A DNA stretch of 43,251 bases from a bacterium (GTDB taxonomy: Bacteria > Bacillota > Clostridia > Peptostreptococcales > Anaerovoracaceae), in assembly GCA_963609975.1 (NCBI GenBank), contig CAVDMD010000001.1, forward strand, positions 1-43,251, in the 5' to 3' direction. Below the pieces are notes generated by a model. That model did not search any database, was not told the DNA's origin, and worked only from the letters and a program-made list of their open reading frames with translations. Positions 15,497 to 24,277 of the stretch are shown piece after piece; position 1 is the first letter of the stretch; every line of letters begins with the position of its first letter. The position numbers were made by a program, and so were the translations under genes.

Positions 15497-16727
15497 CAGC
15501 ATAGTAATCGGCGCAGGCGCCGCGGGGCTTTTTTACGGTGCGCTGTCAGAGCCGGGCACCGACTCCCTGATTATAGATCACAGTGAAAGACCCGGACTCA
15601 AACTGCTGCTTTCGGGAAGCGGACAGTGCAACATCACCCATGACGGCTCCATCAAAGACTTCATATCAAGATACGGCAAAAACGGCAGACATATCAGAGG
15701 CGTGCTTTACGGCGCAAATAATATCTCCCTTGTGGAATTTCTGAACCGAAACGGCATCAGAACCATAACAAGAGAGGACGGCAAGGTGTTCCCCGAAAGC
15801 CTCAAGGCTTCCGAAATTCTCAATATGCTTATAAACAGAACCGAGGCAAACGGCTTCAGACTGCTTCTCAAGCAAAACATAACCGATATTGCCTGCAATA
15901 ACAGCGATAATACCTATACCGTCACAACCGAAAACAGCTCGTTTAAGACAAAAAAACTGATTATAGCCACAGGTGGCATATCTTATCCCAAAACAGGCTC
16001 AGACGGCTCAATTTATCCCCTGATTGAGAAAGCGGGAATATCTGTGATACCGGCAAAACCCGCACTTGTCCCGATTTACACACATAACTATACATACAAA
16101 GCTCTTTCGGGTATTTCATTTAAGGCTGCACAGGTGCGGCTTCTTGAAAACAACCGGGAAATCGCTGCAGATACAGGTGATATACTTCTTACCCACAGAG
16201 CTTTTTCAGGGCCTGCAATACTTGATATATCAAGATACGCCCAAAAAGGTCATGAGCTTGAAATAAACTACATACACCCTGTATCGTTTCATGAGGCTTC
16301 CGATATGATTAAATCAGGCTTTCAGGGCAACAGCAGAGAGCTTCATACCTATATATCACGCATATTCAAAATCCCCGACGCCTTCGCTGCAAGGATAATA
16401 GAAGATGACGGAATATGCCCTCACATGAAAACCTCCTGCGCAGAGGGGGATGAAATAGCAAAAATAGCAGAAGCCCTCACCTGTCACAGATATGCCGTAA
16501 GCGGCACAGGCGGTTTTGGCGAGGCTATGGTTACCGCAGGCGGAGTATCTCTTGATGATGTTAATCTCCGGAATATGGAGGCAAAAAACCACAGCAATTT
16601 ATTTTTTATAGGCGAGGTTTTAGATATTGACGGTGATACGGGAGGGTTTAATCTGCAGTTTGCCTATTCATCAGCTGCGGCAGCTGCTAAAAACAAAAAA
16701 CAGCACAAAAATACCACGGGTGAATAA
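15483..16727 (+). CDS. HI0933/BaiN-family FAD-dependent oxidoreductase
   Basis: 414 aa. N-terminal GAGAAG dinucleotide fold, and a C-terminal EVLDIDGDTGGFNLQ motif typical of the family. Confidence 0.8.
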   Translation: MKLYDSIVIGAGAAGLFYGALSEPGTDSLIIDHSERPGLKLLLSGSGQCNITHDGSIKDFISRYGKNGRHIRGVLYGANNISLVEFLNRNGIRTITREDGKVFPESLKASEILNMLINRTEANGFRLLLKQNITDIACNNSDNTYTVTTENSSFKTKKLIIATGGISYPKTGSDGSIYPLIEKAGISVIPAKPALVPIYTHNYTYKALSGISFKAAQVRLLENNREIAADTGDILLTHRAFSGPAILDISRYAQKGHELEINYIHPVSFHEASDMIKSGFQGNSRELHTYISRIFKIPDAFAARIIEDDGICPHMKTSCAEGDEIAKIAEALTCHRYAVSGTGGFGEAMVTAGGVSLDDVNLRNMEAKNHSNLFFIGEVLDIDGDTGGFNLQFAYSSAAAAAKNKKQHKNTTGE

Positions 16728-16745
16728 GGCAGTATTTAGAACTTA

Positions 16746-16970
16746 TTACATCTGTGGTGTTGCAATCTGATTGATTTTTCCTGCCGGGAAAAAATTTATC
16801 GTTTTCCCTTGAACCTCTTTTGTGTGTTTCTCTTTGGAGCTTGATACGAACCATTGAGCCGGTTGCAATAACGGGAATTTCTCTAAATTCCTGACAAAAA
16901 TATTTGAGAGAAGAAATGATATCAGGACATTCCTGCACTTCGTCAAATATCAGTCTGCTGCCCTGACTGC
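16746..16970 (-). pseudogene. Truncated, frameshifted relic of an AAA_14/COG1373-type ATPase gene
   Basis: One frame reads ...SRLIFDEVQECPDIISSLKYFCQEFREIPVIATGSMV..., i.e. a Walker B hhhhDE box and the following TGS segment. Another frame continues ...FFPAGKINQIATPQM. There is no Walker A segment and no C-terminal domain. It starts right after the AraC stop. Confidence 0.5.
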
Positions 16971-16973
16971 GAT

Positions 16974-17909
16974 TTAATGCAAAAACATTTTCAGATAGTG
17001 ACTGACAAGGCTTCTGTCAAGCTCATCCTTGATATCATCCAGCGAATAATACAGGATTGTGCTGTCTCCGGTGCTGTTGTCACCATATTTTTTACGGAAC
17101 TGCGCCGGCGTGCAGTTGTACCATTTCTTAAATGCGCTGTAAAAATATTTGACATCCGAAAATCCGCATTCCTCGGATATCTGCATTATGGTTCTGCCTG
17201 TAGCAAGCAGCAGCGGCTCCGACATATTGGCTCTCCTGTATGAAAGCATATTTCTGAACCCCACTGAAATTTTTCTTAAATACTCAGACACATATCCCGT
17301 AGTCAGATTAAGCTCATGCGCAAGATCCTTTATAGTTATACTTTCGGTAAAATGCTCGTACATATATGAGTTGATTTTGTGATACCTGTCCATGAGCTCC
17401 TCTGTCACATCATCAGGATTTATATACCAGTAAAACAGTATGTCAAATCTGCTTATGAACATTCTGACTATCCGCTCTGTTATGTCGTTTATCCTGCGTA
17501 TGTCAGGCTCTCTGTTATCGGCAAGATACTTGAGCAGCGAAACAAGTGTGCCTTTGAGCTGCCTGAAATCGGGTCTTTCAAGGTTGCTGCCTATGCCCTC
17601 GCATACAAACAGCGCTGCCGGCAAAAACGGATATTTTGCTTCAAAGCTGTTAAGATCTATATAAAAGGAAATGCATATGTTGTCCTCTCCGTCGCAGAGA
17701 TAATATGCATCTTTGTCTACAGACACAAATTCTCCGGCTCTGATAGGTATGTCCTCATAGCCGTATGACAGAGTAATCTCTCCTTTCAGGCAGAATATTA
17801 TTTCAAGCATATTTTCATCGTGAAGCTGAGTCGGTATTCTGTCTGCCGAATATATACTGATTCCAAGGGGCGTACCAGCAAATCTGTTTATTTTTCTTTT
17901 TTCTGACAT
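16974..17909 (-). CDS. AraC-family transcriptional regulator (cupin-like N-domain + HTH_18)
   Basis: 311 aa. C-terminal ...ITIKDLAHELNLTTGYVSEYLRK...ISEECGFSDVKYFYSAFKKWYNCTPAQFRKK. Confidence 0.85.
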   Translation of the reverse strand: MSEKRKINRFAGTPLGISIYSADRIPTQLHDENMLEIIFCLKGEITLSYGYEDIPIRAGEFVSVDKDAYYLCDGEDNICISFYIDLNSFEAKYPFLPAALFVCEGIGSNLERPDFRQLKGTLVSLLKYLADNREPDIRRINDITERIVRMFISRFDILFYWYINPDDVTEELMDRYHKINSYMYEHFTESITIKDLAHELNLTTGYVSEYLRKISVGFRNMLSYRRANMSEPLLLATGRTIMQISEECGFSDVKYFYSAFKKWYNCTPAQFRKKYGDNSTGDSTILYYSLDDIKDELDRSLVSHYLKMFLH

Positions 17910-18014
17910 AATTGTTACCTGCCTGATTTATTAGATATATAATATTCTGTCATATGTTTTTCGTCAAGGGCCAATTCATCTTCAAAACCTTTGCTGCAGC
18001 TAATTTGCCCCCTG

Positions 18015-18043
18015 CAAAAACAAAAAGGACGGTAAAACCGCCT
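18015..18043 (-). terminator. Terminator after rnpB
   Basis: Minus strand GGCGGT-TTT-ACCGTC(C) followed by TTTTTGTTTTTG. Confidence 0.5.
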
Positions 18044-18083
18044 CGTAAGCTTTAGTATTCACTTATTATTCTGTAATATGATA

Positions 18084-18430
18084 TTCGGGCAGGCTGTAAG
18101 CCGGGTTCTGTATCAGACAATCATCTATCTAGGCCTGCTGTCACCAGCAGGCTCAAGCGACCCACCAACCCGGACAGCGACGGGCAGCCGCCTTTTGTGT
18201 CCGCTTTCGGTCTTGCTCCGAATGGGGTTTACACGGCCAGTATGTTACCATACTGCCGGTGAGCTCTTACCTCACCATTTCAACCTTGCCACAGCCAAAC
18301 TGTTTCGGCGGTATGTTTCTGTTGCACTTTCCTTAAGGTTACCCTCACCAGACGTTATCTGGCATTCTCGCCCTGTGGAGCCCGGACTTTCCTCACGCCT
18401 TAACGGCCCGCGATTGTCTGCCTGCCCGAA
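18084..18430 (-). ncRNA. rnpB: RNase P RNA, bacterial class A
   Basis: Minus strand contains GAGGAAAGTCCGGGCTCCACAGGGC (CR-I), GTGCAACAGAAAC, GGTAAGAGCTCACC and ACAGAACCCGGCTTA (CR-V). P1 pairs TTCGGGCAGGC with GCCTGCCCGAA. Collinear by eye with E. coli M1 RNA. The plus-strand ORF 18078..18476 is its antisense shadow. Confidence 0.9.
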
Positions 18431-18435
18431 TAATA

Positions 18436-19221
18436 TTAAATTTTTTCAAAAGGATTTATATCCACACTGCTTATGATAAAATCCACTTCTGTAAATTCAT
18501 TTGAATACATCAGCTCTGTAAATGCCTCCGGAAATATCCGTTCTGTACCGAAATGACCCGCATCTATAACGCACATTCCCGTTTCTCTGGCATTAACCGC
18601 CTCGTGGTATTTAACATCACCTGTAATAAATACATCACAGCCGTTTTGCATTGCAGGCTCTATGTATTCAGACCCTGCGCCGCTGCATATTCCCACTTTG
18701 CTGACAGGAGTATCAGGCTCGCCTGTAATTGTAATAAGTTTTGTGTCTATTCCAAGCCCGTCAGCCAGCATATGCGCAAGTCCCGCAAGGCTCATCGGCT
18801 GACAGAAGCCTGCTCTTGTGATTTCATCATCACAGCCGTCTATAATAAGAGGGGCTGTTTCGTCAAGACCAAGGATCTGCGCAATATAGTCGTTGTTGCC
18901 TCCAGAAGCCTTATCAAAATTCGTATGCATCGAATATACGGATATTCCGTTGTTAATTAGGTCGATTATGTATCTGCCCCTAACCTCATCGGCATCAATG
19001 CTTTTGACGCCTGTAAAGATAAGGGGATGGTGAGTTATAATCATATCGGCTTTTTCTCTTACGGCCTCCTCTATAACCTCAAAGGTTATCTCCAGCGCCA
19101 CAAGAGCTTTTTTGATTTCCCTGTTGCCGCAGTTTATCTGCACCCCGCTGTTGTCCCAGCTTTCCTGCATATTTTCGGGAACTATACTGTCCAGTCTGTT
19201 GATAAGGTCATACAGTTTCAT
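18436..19221 (-). CDS. Nif3-like dinuclear metal centre protein (YqfO family)
   Basis: 261 aa. ...ADMIITHHPLIF...SMHTNFD...DVFITGDVKYH motifs. Confidence 0.85.
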   Translation of the reverse strand: MKLYDLINRLDSIVPENMQESWDNSGVQINCGNREIKKALVALEITFEVIEEAVREKADMIITHHPLIFTGVKSIDADEVRGRYIIDLINNGISVYSMHTNFDKASGGNNDYIAQILGLDETAPLIIDGCDDEITRAGFCQPMSLAGLAHMLADGLGIDTKLITITGEPDTPVSKVGICSGAGSEYIEPAMQNGCDVFITGDVKYHEAVNARETGMCVIDAGHFGTERIFPEAFTELMYSNEFTEVDFIISSVDINPFEKI

Positions 19222-19933
19222 CTAAAAGTCCCTCCAGATATTCTATATTCCGATTTACAATAATCCGTTTACTGTTATCTCTGCCTGCTTTGAGCTTCTC
19301 TGCTATGCTTTTTTCCGAGTTCAGTCTTCTCTGTATAAATTCTCTGCCCAGAGGATCAGCTTTGAGCCATACCGGCATTTCAATACGTATATCATCCTCC
19401 GCAAGTGATGAGAAATATGACAGATTCTCCTGAAGCCCGGCAAGATTTGCCCCGCCCTTTGTCACTGCTGTTATTATATTGCATATGAATCTGCCCTCTC
19501 TGACAAGCCTGTCGCCTGTAATACTGAGGCCGTTTGCAAGCAGCCAGTGTCTGAGCCTGCCTGCCGATATTCTCGGCTGCAGCACGTATTTACCGATGCT
19601 CATGGTTTTGGCCATGTCAGACGACATAATCTGAGTCATCAGTATGCCGCCCATACCGGCAATCACAACGGTATCCACCTCTCCTGCATCAAGCACCTCA
19701 AGGCCGTTTCCCAGTCTCAGATCAAAGGCTGTGCCGGGATGCAGCATACAGCAGTTGTCCCGCGCCTTGTCAAGCGAGCCTTTGCTGACGTCTGCCATTA
19801 TAACCTTGGGGCATATTCTGTTTTCCCACAGATAAACAGGTAAAAAACCATGGTCTGTACCTATGTCAGCCATTGTTTCCCCTGTATTTATCTCGTCTGC
19901 TATCATCTGCAGCCTGTCTGTCAAAGCTATCAT
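19208..19933 (-). CDS. trmK: tRNA (adenine22-N1)-methyltransferase TrmK (YqfN family)
   Basis: 241 aa. ...MADIGTDHGFLPVYL...IAGMGG... Conserved position between sigA and the nif3-like gene. Confidence 0.8.
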   Translation of the reverse strand: MIALTDRLQMIADEINTGETMADIGTDHGFLPVYLWENRICPKVIMADVSKGSLDKARDNCCMLHPGTAFDLRLGNGLEVLDAGEVDTVVIAGMGGILMTQIMSSDMAKTMSIGKYVLQPRISAGRLRHWLLANGLSITGDRLVREGRFICNIITAVTKGGANLAGLQENLSYFSSLAEDDIRIEMPVWLKADPLGREFIQRRLNSEKSIAEKLKAGRDNSKRIIVNRNIEYLEGLLDETV

Positions 19934-21100
19934 TTATTCCAGGTAGTCCTTTAATTTCTTGCTTCTGCTCGGATGCCTGAGCTTCCTCAGCGCCTTTGCC
20001 TCTATCTGCCTTATTCTCTCTCTTGTCACGTCAAACTGCTTGCCTACTTCTTCAAGAGTTCTTGCCCTGCCGTCGTCAAGTCCGAAACGGAGCTTTAATA
20101 CTTTTTGTTCTCTCTCTGTAAGCGTGTCAAGCACCTCTACAAGCTGCTCCTTGAGCATTGAAAACGCCGCAGCCTCTGCAGGAGCCGGAACCTCCTCGTC
20201 GGGAATAAAGTCTCCGAGATGGCTGTCCTCTTCTTCGCCTATAGGAGTTTCAAGCGACACAGGCTCCTGAGCTATTTTTAATATCTCTCTTACTTTTTCT
20301 TCGGAAATACCCATTTCCTCTGCGATTTCTTCAGGCAGCGGCTCGCGTCCGTATTCCTGAAGCAGCTGTCTTGAAACTCTGATGAGCTTGTTTATGGTTT
20401 CAACCATATGAACGGGTATTCTGATGGTTCTTGCCTGATCTGCTATGGATCGTGTGATGGCCTGTCTTATCCACCATGTCGCATATGTGGAGAATTTATA
20501 GCCTTTTCTCCAGTCGAACTTGTCTACAGCCTTGATAAGACCAAGGTTTCCCTCCTGTATAAGGTCGAGGAACAGCATACCCCTGCCTACATATCTTTTG
20601 GCAATACTGACTACCAGCCTTAAATTGGCTTCGCAGAGCTTTTTCTTTGCTTCCTCGTCACCGTTTTCCATTTTTTTGGCAAGCTCTATTTCCTCATCTG
20701 CCGAAAGCAGAGGAACCTTGCCGATTTCCTTGAGGTACATTCTTACAGGGTCATCTACTGTAATTCCCTTTGGAAGTGAGGCCTCAAGATCAACGCTGCC
20801 GTCCTCTATAACTATATCATCATCATGCTCAAGATCTTCGACATCAAGGTTCATAAGATCTGTATCATCGGGTTCAACATCAGAGTCATCGTTTCTGATT
20901 TCCATTTCGGATTCAATTTCAATACCGAAATTCATTATTTTTTCGTATACATCATCAATAAAATCCTTGTCCATATCAAGGTTTCCTATTACCTCTGAAA
21001 TATCGCCGTAGGAAAGCTTGCCGCCTTTGTTTTTTGCTTTTTCTTTGAGCAGGTCAATACACTCTTTCTTTTTGTTTTCGTCTGCTTCGTTGTAGGCCAT
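19934..21100 (-). CDS. rpoD: Primary RNA polymerase sigma factor RpoD/SigA
   Basis: 388 aa. Acidic region 1, [11 protein letters not shown], region 2.4 [14 protein letters not shown], region 4.2 [30 protein letters not shown]. Confidence 0.95.
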   Translation of the reverse strand: MAYNEADENKKKECIDLLKEKAKNKGGKLSYGDISEVIGNLDMDKDFIDDVYEKIMNFGIEIESEMEIRNDDSDVEPDDTDLMNLDVEDLEHDDDIVIEDGSVDLEASLPKGITVDDPVRMYLKEIGKVPLLSADEEIELAKKMENGDEEAKKKLCEANLRLVVSIAKRYVGRGMLFLDLIQEGNLGLIKAVDKFDWRKGYKFSTYATWWIRQAITRSIADQARTIRIPVHMVETINKLIRVSRQLLQEYGREPLPEEIAEEMGISEEKVREILKIAQEPVSLETPIGEEEDSHLGDFIPDEEVPAPAEAAAFSMLKEQLVEVLDTLTEREQKVLKLRFGLDDGRARTLEEVGKQFDVTRERIRQIEAKALRKLRHPSRSKKLKDYLE

Positions 21101-21106
21101 ATGATT

Positions 21107-22861
21107 TTATCCCCTTTCTTTCATCTGCTGCATCTGTTTTTGTATTTCCATCTGTTCGGTCATAAGCTGCCTTATTTTATCATGGTTTTCGGTTTCATCT
21201 GCCAGCTCTATTATTGTGTTTATTTCTTCGTATCTGTCCCTGAGTTTTTCTATTTCCAGGGTAATAATACAGTCCTCGAGTATTTCCTGATCCTTGCCGC
21301 CAAGACATATGTTGTCCACTATGTTTCTGAATACGCCTGCGCTTTCTCCGTCAAGACTGTCCGCAAGCTTGTTTATGTCTATGTCCTCTCCGTCTGTATA
21401 TATTGATTTAATACTGCTGAATATATTATCGCCTGCAGTGCTTTTGAATATGTAACTGTAAGGCAGTATTGTTTCAAACGTCCTGCTGTCGTTTATAATT
21501 AATCTGATAAGGTTTTTTTCTATCGGAGATATATCTCCCGCAGGCTTCTCCTGATGGGTTCTTTCAGACGCTCTGCCGCGCTCTGTCTGTCTGTCTTTAG
21601 TATTGCCGCGAAATTCAAGCCTTATAGCGCCTTCTGATATTTTGGCCTCTGCGGCTATTTTTCTGATGTATATATCTCTTTCGGCAGGGCTTAAATTCTG
21701 AAGCGCCGCTACGGTTTCCTTTACAAACTCAATCCTGCCGTCGGTTTCATCAAGGTTGTGACGGTTTTTGAGAATGTCTATTTTGTAGTCCGCATACGAC
21801 AGCGCACCGTCTATAAGCTCCAGAAAAGCCTGTCTGCCTTTTTTCTTTATGAATTCATCGGGATCCTTGCCGTCGGTAACGTGCAGCACCTTCGCTTTGC
21901 AGCCTTCATTGTAAAGTATGTCTATGCCTCTAAGCGCCGCTGCCTGCCCCGCACTGTCCGAATCATAAGACAGTACAATGTTTCTGGTGTAGCGTTTGAG
22001 CATCTTTGCCTGATTTTCGGTAAGCGCAGTACCAAGCGATGCGGCTGCGTTTCTGACGCCGCTCTGATAAAGCGATACCACATCCATATATCCCTCTACA
22101 AGTATGGCGCAGTCCTCTTTTGAGATTTCCTGTCTTGTAAGGTTCAGACCGTAGAGATTGTTTTTTTTGAGGAATACCGGTGATTCCGGTGAATTGAGGT
22201 ATTTAGGCATACCCTCGCCTATAATCCTGCCGCCAAAGCCTATCACCTTGCCTCTTGTATTTATTATCGGGAAAATGACGCGATCTCTGAATTTGTCATA
22301 ATATCTGCCTTTGGATTTTGACAAAAGGCCTATCTCAACCAGAGTCTCCTCATCCGCCCCCTGCTCTGTCATATATCTGTACAGGCTGTCCCATTTGTCA
22401 TCGGCATAGCCTATGCCGAATTTTTTGATGGTATCGTAGCTGATACCTCTGTTTTTCATGTATATGTATCCCGGACTCTGAGCATCTGCCATGCTTCTGA
22501 AGAAAAACCTCGCAGCAAGTCTGTTTAATTCATACATCCGGTCTTTTTTTTCGTTGCTGTGACCGCCTGTCTGTTCGAGCTTTACTCCGTATTCCTTTGC
22601 AAGCCTTTCGAGAGCTTCACGGGAATCCAGATTGTAGTAGTGCTTTACAAATTCAAACACATCTCCTGAGGCTCCGCAGCCGAAGCATGTAAAAATCTGT
22701 TTTGTTTCGGAAACAACAAAAGAAGGTGTTTTTTCGTTATGAAACGGACAGAGTCCCTTGTAATTGCTCCCTGCTTTTTTGAGGGTTACAACCTGTCCTA
22801 TGACATCAACGATATTGCACCTGCTTTTAATTTCTTCAAAAGCGTTTCCATAAACAGACAT
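21107..22861 (-). CDS. dnaG: DNA primase DnaG
   Basis: Zn-ribbon CPFHNEKTPSF...CFGCG and TOPRIM EGYMDV...DSDSAG. Start set at the ATG after AGGAGG (MSVYGN...), not the ORF-track alternative start at 22885. Confidence 0.95.
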   Translation of the reverse strand: MSVYGNAFEEIKSRCNIVDVIGQVVTLKKAGSNYKGLCPFHNEKTPSFVVSETKQIFTCFGCGASGDVFEFVKHYYNLDSREALERLAKEYGVKLEQTGGHSNEKKDRMYELNRLAARFFFRSMADAQSPGYIYMKNRGISYDTIKKFGIGYADDKWDSLYRYMTEQGADEETLVEIGLLSKSKGRYYDKFRDRVIFPIINTRGKVIGFGGRIIGEGMPKYLNSPESPVFLKKNNLYGLNLTRQEISKEDCAILVEGYMDVVSLYQSGVRNAAASLGTALTENQAKMLKRYTRNIVLSYDSDSAGQAAALRGIDILYNEGCKAKVLHVTDGKDPDEFIKKKGRQAFLELIDGALSYADYKIDILKNRHNLDETDGRIEFVKETVAALQNLSPAERDIYIRKIAAEAKISEGAIRLEFRGNTKDRQTERGRASERTHQEKPAGDISPIEKNLIRLIINDSRTFETILPYSYIFKSTAGDNIFSSIKSIYTDGEDIDINKLADSLDGESAGVFRNIVDNICLGGKDQEILEDCIITLEIEKLRDRYEEINTIIELADETENHDKIRQLMTEQMEIQKQMQQMKERG

Positions 22862-22946
22862 TCTTACCTCCTGCGAAAAAATCACATATTCTTATTCGAC
22901 AAAACAATGCCTGTTCCTTTTTTTTATTTCAAAAAATATATTAAAT

Positions 22947-23951
22947 TTACGCCTGTTTTTCAAACAGCTTTTCGTACATCATTATCGAGTATCTGTCTGT
23001 CATGCCTGCCACATAGTCCTTGACCATCTCATCTGTGCCGAATTCAGGTATAAGCTGTCTGTAGTCCTCAGGCAGTCTGTCGGGGTTATCTATAAAATAC
23101 TCATAAAGTGACACTATTATCTGCTCAACCTTCATAAGCTGCTCTGTTTTTTTGACCTTTTCGTTGTGATACACATTGACAAACATAAAATTGCGCAGCT
23201 TGTCCATATAGTGCCTGCATTCATCGCTCTGCGATATGAAATCCCTGCCGGAATTATTCTCTATCATATCCGTAACAAGCGTGTCTATGCGCTTGCCGTG
23301 AGTATCCCCAAGATATCTGATACATTCGGCCGGCAGATCCTCTCCGGATATGACGCCGCTTCGCAGCGCATCGTCTATATCGTGATTTATATAGGCAATT
23401 CTGTCGCTTATCTTTACAATCTGTCCCTCAAGAGTAAACGGCACGCCTTTGCCCGTATGGTTTAATATGCCGTCTCTTACCTCCTCTGTAAGATTCATTC
23501 CGCGCATACCGTTGTGGCTTTCAAGAACATCTACAACTCTGAGACTCTGCACATTGTGAGAAAATCCGTCACGATGTATACTGTCTAAAACAGCCTCTCC
23601 GTTGTGTCCAAACGGTGTGTGCCCAAGGTCGTGTCCCAGAGCGATGGCCTCTGTGAGATCCTCGTTCAGAGCAAGTCCTCTTGCAATGGTTCTGGCTATC
23701 TGCGACACCTCCAGCGTGTGAGTAAGTCTTGTTCTGAAATGGTCGCCTTCGGGCGCCAGAAACACCTGTGTTTTGTGCATCAGCCTTCGGAATGCCTTGG
23801 AATGAAGGATTTTGTCTCTGTCTCTCTGAAATTCTGTCCTGAGTCTGCATTTTTCCTCTGCGCGGGCTCTGCCTGCTGACGAATCCGACTTTGCGGCCGC
23901 CTCACAGTAAATCATATATTCTCTTTTTTCAAGGTCTTCTCTTAATATCAT
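22947..23951 (-). CDS. dgt: dGTP triphosphohydrolase-like HD-domain protein
   Basis: 334 aa. RTRLTHTLEVSQIAR...GHDLGHTPFGH motifs. First gene of the dgt-dnaG-rpoD cluster. Confidence 0.85.
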   Translation of the reverse strand: MILREDLEKREYMIYCEAAAKSDSSAGRARAEEKCRLRTEFQRDRDKILHSKAFRRLMHKTQVFLAPEGDHFRTRLTHTLEVSQIARTIARGLALNEDLTEAIALGHDLGHTPFGHNGEAVLDSIHRDGFSHNVQSLRVVDVLESHNGMRGMNLTEEVRDGILNHTGKGVPFTLEGQIVKISDRIAYINHDIDDALRSGVISGEDLPAECIRYLGDTHGKRIDTLVTDMIENNSGRDFISQSDECRHYMDKLRNFMFVNVYHNEKVKKTEQLMKVEQIIVSLYEYFIDNPDRLPEDYRQLIPEFGTDEMVKDYVAGMTDRYSIMMYEKLFEKQA

Positions 23952-24082
23952 TTTTGTATCCTCTGTATAAGCATGACTGCAGGCGCAATTATCGTTTCCG
24001 GCGCCTGCGATATGCTATTATTATCACACAGTATCACCCGGCCTGCAAGTGCTAAAGCAATTATTACCCTGCAGTTTTGCGA

Positions 24083-24091
24083 TTATATCAT
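24083..24091 (-). promoter_or_regulatory. Extended -10 element (TGATATAAT), candidate promoter of the dgt-dnaG-rpoD operon
   Basis: Minus strand TGaTATAAT. No convincing -35. Confidence 0.35.
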
Positions 24092-24094
24092 TTT

Positions 24095-24277
24095 TCACTG
24101 CGTTTTTTCAGTCAGCACAAGCGCAAGCTCTCTGTCTATTTCTCCCATAAGCGCGATTATTCTCTCTTTGAGCGCATCATTCAGAAAAAATATACTTTCG
24201 CATATATTCGCTGCAAAATGCTCCTTTTGTTCGGCTGTCATCGAATAATATTCGACCCTTGCCTGATTTATGCTCAT
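24095..24277 (-). CDS. Stand-alone catalase-rel (catalase C-terminal helical) domain protein
   Basis: 60 aa. SINQARVEYYSMTAEQKEHFAANICESI...RIIALMGEIDRELALVLTE parallels the ...[21 protein letters not shown]...FYKADPEYGKRVAEGL segment of small-subunit catalases. Its start overlaps the upstream stop (TGATG). Confidence 0.5.
   Translation of the reverse strand: MSINQARVEYYSMTAEQKEHFAANICESIFFLNDALKERIIALMGEIDRELALVLTEKTQ

Noticed and set aside
18114-18420. The leader motif GATTGTCTG (12-mer GATGATTGTCTG identical to 5273-5284) also occurs in rnpB (18114-18125), with its complement at 18412-18420. This could suggest a link between the c-di-GMP leaders and RNase P.
   Set aside because: The two rnpB copies are simply the two strands of helix P2, which is collinear with E. 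coli M1 RNA. That fully explains them. Nothing else supports a functional connection, so it is treated as coincidence.
18078-18476. 132-aa plus-strand ORF
   Set aside because: It is the antisense shadow of RNase P RNA (rnpB) and has no RBS.
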